This document shows, in pieces, positions 26,729 to 32,000 of a stretch of 32,000 nt of DNA (position 1 is the first letter of the stretch; every line of letters begins with the position of its first letter). The stretch covers positions 1,622,180 to 1,654,179 of the forward strand of contig NZ_LT963434.1 in the NCBI RefSeq assembly GCF_900199515.1, in the 5' to 3' direction. The stretch comes from Massilicoli timonensis. GTDB lineage: Bacteria > Bacillota_I > Bacilli_A > Erysipelotrichales > Erysipelotrichaceae. The position numbers and the translations under genes were made by a program. The notes under the pieces were generated by a model. That model did no database searches and was not told where the DNA came from. It saw only the letters and a list, made by a program, of their open reading frames with translations.

Positions 26729-27013
26729 ATGACAAAAACAGAAAATACCGCTTTGCAGATGATTGCCGAAACCGCCCGCTGCCCGGAGTATGGGCCTGAA
26801 ATGGTAACGGCGCTGATGAAAAAGCTGGATGTGAATGAAAAGGGGTTCGCGTTGCTGATGAATGTTACCCCTTCTACTGTCCGTCTCTGGACCAGTGGGG
26901 CCGTCCAGCCCAGCAGCACGGCAAAGCGGCTGATGCAGATTTTTGAGACCGGGCCGGAAATTATCGGCAAGATTGCCGGAGGGCAGCCTCCGGCAGACAG
27001 GAGGGATTTATAA
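26729..27013 (+). CDS. XRE/MqsA-like helix-turn-helix protein
   Basis: KGFALLMNVTPSTVRLWTSGAVQPSSTAKRLMQI fits an HTH followed by the 'G...P...A.RLL' pattern of the antitoxin/XRE class. SD CAGGAGG is present. Confidence 0.6.
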   Translation: MTKTENTALQMIAETARCPEYGPEMVTALMKKLDVNEKGFALLMNVTPSTVRLWTSGAVQPSSTAKRLMQIFETGPEIIGKIAGGQPPADRRDL

Positions 27014-27784
27014 ATGGCAGAAACGGACAGCCAGCCGATTGCGGAAAATGAGCAGGTAAAAGAGCTGCTTGCTCTCCTGAAAGACAACAATACGCCGGGA
27101 TATGAGGAATTTGCCAGGCTGATCGGCCATGTGACCGAGATGGAGCAGCGGCTTTCCGAAGCAACCGAGGAACTAAAGGCCATGCGTCGGGAGGTACAGG
27201 GCTTACAGGACCATTCCCTGAAAGATTCCCTCCAAAAAAGTTGTAAGGCTATGGAGGCAAGTGTGGCTGCTATGCGCCAGCGTCTTTCCAAGCTCAAAGA
27301 GCAGATCATTGACGGGTGCCGGCATATCCTGACTGATTTCAAGGAACGCGGAGCCGTTGCCTTGAATGGAATCACACAATTCCTGCATATCCGGCCAGCG
27401 CTGGAGGCTATTCAGGAGGCGGCAGAAAAAGGGATGCAGGCCAGTGACAGGGCTGTTTCCAGGATTGACGCTTTCAGTGCGGAATACCATGAGGCAGGCC
27501 GCCATCTGAAAAATATGGGCCGCACCCTTCGAGGGAAACCTATGGAGGCAGAAGCAAAAGAAACCGGAAAGATTGCCAGGGTGTTCAAAGGCGCTTTCAA
27601 AGCGGAGCGTGCCCTTATATCTTCTGTAAAACATGGCGCGGAGCGGTCTTTGAATACCCTTGCCCGATTGGAACAGACCGCAGAACGCCGTCCTTCCGTT
27701 TTGAAAGCAATGCGGGAGCAGGCAGCGAAAACGGAGCCGGCAAAAAAGCAGCCGGCACCTTCTCACGATAAGGACAGCCGGTAA
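27014..27784 (+). CDS. Coiled-coil ICE protein (DUF6674-like by recollection) with a C-terminal PSVL tail
   Basis: TAAATG junction with the upstream gene. Long heptad-like helical sequence. It ends ...ERRPSVLKAMREQAAKTEPAKKQPAPSHDKDSR. Confidence 0.6.
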   Translation: MAETDSQPIAENEQVKELLALLKDNNTPGYEEFARLIGHVTEMEQRLSEATEELKAMRREVQGLQDHSLKDSLQKSCKAMEASVAAMRQRLSKLKEQIIDGCRHILTDFKERGAVALNGITQFLHIRPALEAIQEAAEKGMQASDRAVSRIDAFSAEYHEAGRHLKNMGRTLRGKPMEAEAKETGKIARVFKGAFKAERALISSVKHGAERSLNTLARLEQTAERRPSVLKAMREQAAKTEPAKKQPAPSHDKDSR

Positions 27785-27818
27785 GCATTTGCAGCCCAGA
27801 GAGAAAGGAGGATTTTGA

Positions 27819-28721
27819 TTGAAACAGGAACCGCTGCCTCAGATTTATTTGCTCCGTGATACGGACCTTACGATATTTGCCTATGAACTCCATATTTTCG
27901 CGGGTGATTTTCTCCGGGAGAGTGAATTTAATATGCACTCCCTGGTTACGAATACCGGGCCGGATTCGATTGCTATTATGGGACACCGGCACATGTGGCT
28001 GTCCGATGCGCTGCACGCGTACTGTTCCACAGCGGACCTCTACCAGATGATCTTTACGACGGAATATCTTGGCGCAAGGGCTTTTCTGTTCCATACGGAT
28101 CATAAAGCGGACGGCCATCTGTACGGCGACATGCTGATGATGGACTTAGATACGCTGCGCCAGGATGTGAAAGGCAGCACACTTTCCCCCTATGGCGTCA
28201 ATATCGAACATCAAAACGGCGCGTCTGAAACGGTCAGCTTTGAAAAATGGCACTCGATGGAACTTTACGAAAAAGACGCTTTGAAAAGCTGGGGATTCTG
28301 CTACAGACCGGAGCAGGTTACAGAATGGCAGCATTACTATACCGGCAGATTCGGCCAGTGGAAAGAGCAGGCATTTTCCTATATGCCCCAGGATTTGGAG
28401 GAACGCCTGAATGTAGAATACATGACCGATGCGCAGAACCCCGATATGGATATGTACCGTATTCCTCTGGCAGCGGCAAAACAGATGCTTCTCTATGACG
28501 AAGCGCCGGTTTACCGTCTCCTTCCTTCCGGGCCGGAAAAGATAGCGCCTATTGCGGCAGTCACTACGGGGCTGTGGTATGAGCATTACAGGGAATTTGC
28601 CATTGCTCCGGAGGACTTAGGCGCTCTGGACCGATTGATTCATAGAGAAACGGATCGGATTATTGGAAAGCCCACTGCCCTTCATAAGCCGGAGAAAGAC
28701 CGTTCCAGTCAGGAGCGGTAA
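27819..28721 (+). CDS. ICE hypothetical protein (300 aa)
   Basis: TTG start 7 nt after GGAGG. It has no recognisable domain. The C-terminus ...IIGKPTALHKPEKDRSSQER may be a degenerate version of the shared tail. Confidence 0.5.
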   Translation: MKQEPLPQIYLLRDTDLTIFAYELHIFAGDFLRESEFNMHSLVTNTGPDSIAIMGHRHMWLSDALHAYCSTADLYQMIFTTEYLGARAFLFHTDHKADGHLYGDMLMMDLDTLRQDVKGSTLSPYGVNIEHQNGASETVSFEKWHSMELYEKDALKSWGFCYRPEQVTEWQHYYTGRFGQWKEQAFSYMPQDLEERLNVEYMTDAQNPDMDMYRIPLAAAKQMLLYDEAPVYRLLPSGPEKIAPIAAVTTGLWYEHYREFAIAPEDLGALDRLIHRETDRIIGKPTALHKPEKDRSSQER

Positions 28722-28750
28722 ATTTTTGTACAGATTGGAGGTGATACCGA

Positions 28751-30781
28751 TTGCCAGAAAACATACAGCATGAAGATTTTGGTGAGAAAATCGGCGGCGC
28801 AAAAAAGGACCTTTGGAAAGACCGGGGACTTTATGTGGATGACCTTAGCGGCATGAATGAACGGGAGGCGGAAAAATTCGTCAAGAAGGATAATGTCTGG
28901 AAAAAGCCGGACTATCAGGCCATGCTTGACGAGGGCGTCCCTCTGGGTGTTGTCTATTTCATCAAAAAAGTGCGGGACGGATTAAATGCTTCCCCGCAGT
29001 ATTACCGCAGGGACGACACGCCGGAGAAACGTCTTGCAAGGCAGAAAGAATATATCCAGACAGTACGGGAATTGCAGAGCGTGGTCTCGGAAGTCCGCAC
29101 CGTGGAGGATGCCATGAAAGTTTATGACCGTTTCTTTTTGGAGAACGGGTATTTGGAACAAGTACAGGGCTGGGGCAGCGGCATCCATTATAGAGCAACG
29201 GAAAAAGGCCGGGAGAATCCGGTCATTACAAATAAACTGTCCAATACCCTGATGGTTCGCTCGGCGGAATATTTTGAGCGGAATTTTACGCAGAAAGCCA
29301 GAAAGGAACAGTTTGGCGTCTCCAAAGACCAGAAGGTGCCAAAGGGATATGCGATCCATTTCAATGACGGGAAAAACACTTATTCCAAAAATAATGACTG
29401 GAAGGCCGGCACCTATTATGTGACGAAGGGTTATTCCATTTTGCAGATGAACTTTGAATCCCGTGAGGCTGCTCTGAAATGGGTGCAGGATTTTGCCAGA
29501 CAGCGGAGCAAAGGCGGAAAGGTCCGGTTTACCCCTCCGCAGCTTGAACATGTGAGACGGACCGGGCCGGATTACCGGAACGGCCAGGAAATTACAGGAC
29601 AGCATTACCTTGAAACCTTCGGCTTCCGCGGCGGTGAGTTTGGAAACTGGATGAATCAGAATGACAGGCAGGCTTCCCTCAATATGGGATTTGAAGCGCT
29701 CAAAGATTTGGCGTCAGCTTTACAGATCAGCGATAAGGATATTGCCTATCAGGGAACGCTTGCTATCGCTTTCGGCGCCAGGGGCAGCGGCAACGCCGCG
29801 GCTCATTATGAACCCCTCCGTAAAGTCATCAATCTCACGAAGATGCACGGTGCCGGTTCCCTGGCCCATGAATGGTGGCATGGGTTTGACGATTACCTGG
29901 GGGCGCGAATGGGCGCAAAGGGATTTCTTTCGGAGCAGCCCCGCCTCTATCCCCTGTTTCAAAAGCTCATTGATACCATGAAATATAAGCCGGAAACGCC
30001 GGAGCAGGCGGCAAAGCGTACCGAGGCACAGAGCGAGCGGACCCGGAAAAACGCGGCAAGCTGGCTGGATTCTGCGGTACTTGGTTCCCTGAAACGGTAT
30101 GGGAATGAAGAACAAATGGAGACCTATGCAGTTCTGCGCGAGGCGTTCCTGTCAGGTAAAACCGGCTCTGTGGAGCGGATCAGCGCCTTTAAGAAGGCTG
30201 TTACCGGGCGCGTGATCCCGAAAAGTGAGCGGGAAAGGCTGGAACTGTTTGAGCGGATGCTTTATGGAGTACAGGAACAGGAAACACCGCAGATTGGGCG
30301 CACAGAAACCGATTACTACCGTAATTCCGTGCGGATGGGAAAAGAATGTGAAAAAGACGGCGGTTATTGGGACAGCAATGTGGAGATGACGGCCAGAGCT
30401 TTTGCCTGCTACATAAAAGATAAGCTGCCCTATCAGTCGGACTATCTGGCAGGTCATGCGGATTGTGCCGTTACTCTTGTAGCTGGGAAAGACGGGAAAA
30501 TGGAGGTTTTGAAAGCCTATCCCGAAGGAGCGGAACGGCAGGCGATCAATGCGGTGTTTGATGAAATTATGGCGGAGCTAAAACAGGAACAGATACTTAC
30601 CCATTGGGAGACAACGCTTCCGCTTCCGGCGCAGGCCGCGCCGCTGGCTGAAAATGAGCAGATTTCCATATTTACGATGGAGCGTCCTTCGGTTATGGCG
30701 CAGCTTGCAGCGGCAAAACCGGCAGAAAAAACAACGCCGGCACAGACGGTTCCGAAAAAGAGCCGTGCGCCGGAGATTTAG
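28751..30781 (+). CDS. Large polyvalent-protein-type ICE protein (LPD1-like by recollection) with an HExxH motif
   Basis: TTG start 6 nt after GGAGGTGA. N-terminal EDFGEKIGGAKKDLW box. Central ...GARGSGNAAAHYEP..KVINLTKMHGAGSLAHEWWHGFDDYLG contains HEWWH. C-terminal tail ERPSVMAQLAAAK... Confidence 0.65.
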   Translation: MPENIQHEDFGEKIGGAKKDLWKDRGLYVDDLSGMNEREAEKFVKKDNVWKKPDYQAMLDEGVPLGVVYFIKKVRDGLNASPQYYRRDDTPEKRLARQKEYIQTVRELQSVVSEVRTVEDAMKVYDRFFLENGYLEQVQGWGSGIHYRATEKGRENPVITNKLSNTLMVRSAEYFERNFTQKARKEQFGVSKDQKVPKGYAIHFNDGKNTYSKNNDWKAGTYYVTKGYSILQMNFESREAALKWVQDFARQRSKGGKVRFTPPQLEHVRRTGPDYRNGQEITGQHYLETFGFRGGEFGNWMNQNDRQASLNMGFEALKDLASALQISDKDIAYQGTLAIAFGARGSGNAAAHYEPLRKVINLTKMHGAGSLAHEWWHGFDDYLGARMGAKGFLSEQPRLYPLFQKLIDTMKYKPETPEQAAKRTEAQSERTRKNAASWLDSAVLGSLKRYGNEEQMETYAVLREAFLSGKTGSVERISAFKKAVTGRVIPKSERERLELFERMLYGVQEQETPQIGRTETDYYRNSVRMGKECEKDGGYWDSNVEMTARAFACYIKDKLPYQSDYLAGHADCAVTLVAGKDGKMEVLKAYPEGAERQAINAVFDEIMAELKQEQILTHWETTLPLPAQAAPLAENEQISIFTMERPSVMAQLAAAKPAEKTTPAQTVPKKSRAPEI

Positions 30782-30784
30782 GAG

Positions 30785-31615
30785 GTGTTGAAAAGATTGG
30801 AAGAAAATAAAGACTTCCGTGCTTACCGGTACGGCGACCATTTAGAGCCAGGGTATGAATTGAAGATTGAACACAGTATTTCTTGTGAAGATGTGGATAT
30901 TTCCCCCTTTATTATGATGGGAAAAGAAAGTTTAGAGGCTATGCGTCAGGGTAGTATTGACGGGGAGCAGAAAGCCTATGAAATTGTGGTGGCAGCGGCG
31001 AAACAGTGGGAACAGCAGGCAGCTTCCACACAGATGATAGACCGGGCGCTGGAATATCTTCGCACGCCGGAGGTGGAGCATACGGGGAATGTATGGGAGA
31101 AAAGCGACGGCTGTAGGGACAGTGAGCAGATCAGCAACCGCGTGTATAAAATGTCTTGCAGCATTAAGGAAAATACCAAACATGGTCGTGAGACCGATCA
31201 GCGTATTCCGGTTGCCTGGCATGTTACATGGGATTTGTATGTGAACTCCCCAAAACAGGGATATGGCGAGAAGATTGCCGGACAAAACCAGAAACGCTAC
31301 ACCGATAAGGCTGCGGCCCTAAAGTATCTGGATGGACGCAAGAAAGCCTACGCCCATTTATTTACGGAAATCTCCCCGCAGATACCAAAACAGTATGAGC
31401 GTCATTTTACTGTGCATGGGGCGCTCCTGCCGGGATATACCGTGGAGGGCCAGGAACCGGTAAAGACAGACCGTACCGCCGCCGAAGTTTCGGAGGGCGG
31501 TATTTCTATGCTGGAAAAGCCTTCTGTGTTGGGGAAACTGGCAGCGGCAAAATCCCAGGAGAAAGCCCCCGCTGCGCCTGGGACAGCGAAAAAGAAGGAG
31601 GATATGCAGATTTGA
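30785..31615 (+). CDS. ICE hypothetical protein (about 272-276 aa) with a C-terminal PSVL tail
   Basis: The ORF follows the previous stop by 3 nt. The true start is ambiguous: GTG 30785 overlaps the SD AGGAGG, and TTG 30797 is also plausible. It ends EKPSVLGKLAAAKSQEKAPAAPGTAKKKEDMQI. Confidence 0.55.
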   Translation: MLKRLEENKDFRAYRYGDHLEPGYELKIEHSISCEDVDISPFIMMGKESLEAMRQGSIDGEQKAYEIVVAAAKQWEQQAASTQMIDRALEYLRTPEVEHTGNVWEKSDGCRDSEQISNRVYKMSCSIKENTKHGRETDQRIPVAWHVTWDLYVNSPKQGYGEKIAGQNQKRYTDKAAALKYLDGRKKAYAHLFTEISPQIPKQYERHFTVHGALLPGYTVEGQEPVKTDRTAAEVSEGGISMLEKPSVLGKLAAAKSQEKAPAAPGTAKKKEDMQI

Positions 31616-32000
31616 AAGTTTTAATGGTGGAACCGGGCAGATCGCCCTACGAAACGGAAATTGAGGGCGGGCTGGCCTCATTGCAGGAGGCTGTCGGCGG
31701 AGATATTCAGGCAATCTATCCCTATGAGGATATGGTTGCGCTGATCTGCAATGAGGAAGGCAAATATACAGGGCTGCCTTTGAACCGGGCGCTCTATGAT
31801 GAGGAAGGCCGTATGTATGACATTGTTGCCGGCAATTTTTTGATTGTCGGTCTGAGCGAGGAAGATTTTACTGACCTTCCTGCTGATCTGATGGAAAAAT
31901 TCAGCGAGCAGTTCAAGTACCCGGAAAAATTTGCCCGGATTGCCGGCGAGATCATCGCGGTTAAGCAGCCGGCTACAAATGAGCGGCAGGAGAAAGCCCC
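31612..32000 (+). CDS. DUF3846-like protein, 5' part (runs off the window)
   Basis: TTG 31612 lies 8 nt after AAGGAGGA and overlaps the upstream stop. The translation LKVLMVEPGRSPYETEIEGGLASLQEAVGGDIQAIYPYEDMVALICNEEGK...NFLIVGL matches my memory of the DUF3846 pattern. The ORF is absent from the track because no stop occurs in the window. Confidence 0.6.
   Translation, partial: MKVLMVEPGRSPYETEIEGGLASLQEAVGGDIQAIYPYEDMVALICNEEGKYTGLPLNRALYDEEGRMYDIVAGNFLIVGLSEEDFTDLPADLMEKFSEQFKYPEKFARIAGEIIAVKQPATNERQEKA

Larger units (their letters stand above)
23870..32000 (+). mobile_element. Left arm of an integrated conjugative element / conjugative transposon (continues beyond the window)
   Basis: The gene content switches abruptly to ICE-typical families (TTRAP-like, DnaD-like Rep, DUF3991/Toprim, polyvalent-type protein, DUF3846). 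All genes are co-directional with tiny gaps. Hand-counted lines give GC near 55%, against about 40-45% to the left. No integrase, relaxase or T4SS gene lies inside the window, so the extent and the left end are inferred. Confidence 0.7.

Noticed and set aside
26677-27375. 232-aa minus-strand ORF antisense to the HTH and coiled-coil genes. Other long antisense ORFs occur at 28982-29605, 27615-28118, 27203-27766, 10360-10947, 16091-16606, 6847-7365 and 2918-3520.
   Set aside because: Each lies wholly inside a sense-strand gene that has recognisable motifs and an SD. Their translations are low-complexity (Ser/Arg/Cys-rich) and they have no SD. Such shadow ORFs are expected, especially in the GC-richer ICE.

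Overview
The window has three parts. (1) Bases 1 to about 19,150 are core chromosome of a low-GC Firmicute with Bacillus-type origin-proximal synteny. The genes are an aminotransferase with an AsnC regulator, rpsF-ssb-rpsR, yybS-gdpP-rplI-dnaB, an M23/G5 peptidase-walJ-rlmH, clpP, gap, and a Cys T-box leader followed by cysS-mrnC-rlmB-sigH-rpmG-secE-nusG. (2) About 19,150 to 23,870 is a roughly 4.7 kb accessory islet that starts right after the nusG terminator. Hand counts of a few 60-nt lines suggest its GC content is lower than the flanks. It holds a divergent HxlR-type regulator, a tandem NTF2/SnoaL protein, and a translationally coupled four-gene operon. That operon encodes a PNPOx-2x[4Fe-4S] fusion, a sirtuin-linked macrodomain, and two tandem class-M-like sirtuins. 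No GcvH-L or LplA2, the known partners of such sirtuins, is present. (3) About 23,870 to 32,000 is the left arm of a higher-GC integrated conjugative element, with every gene on the + strand. Its genes include a TTRAP-like protein, a DnaD-like replication organiser with internal 15-bp iteron-like repeats, and a DUF3991/Toprim protein. They continue with an HTH protein, a coiled-coil protein, a large HExxH polyvalent-type protein, and DUF3846. Three consecutive unrelated ORFs in the element end in the same roughly 33-aa '[ER][RK]PSV[LM]..L...K' tail. No tRNA, rRNA or CRISPR array was seen. All family names come from by-eye motif recognition. No database search was run.
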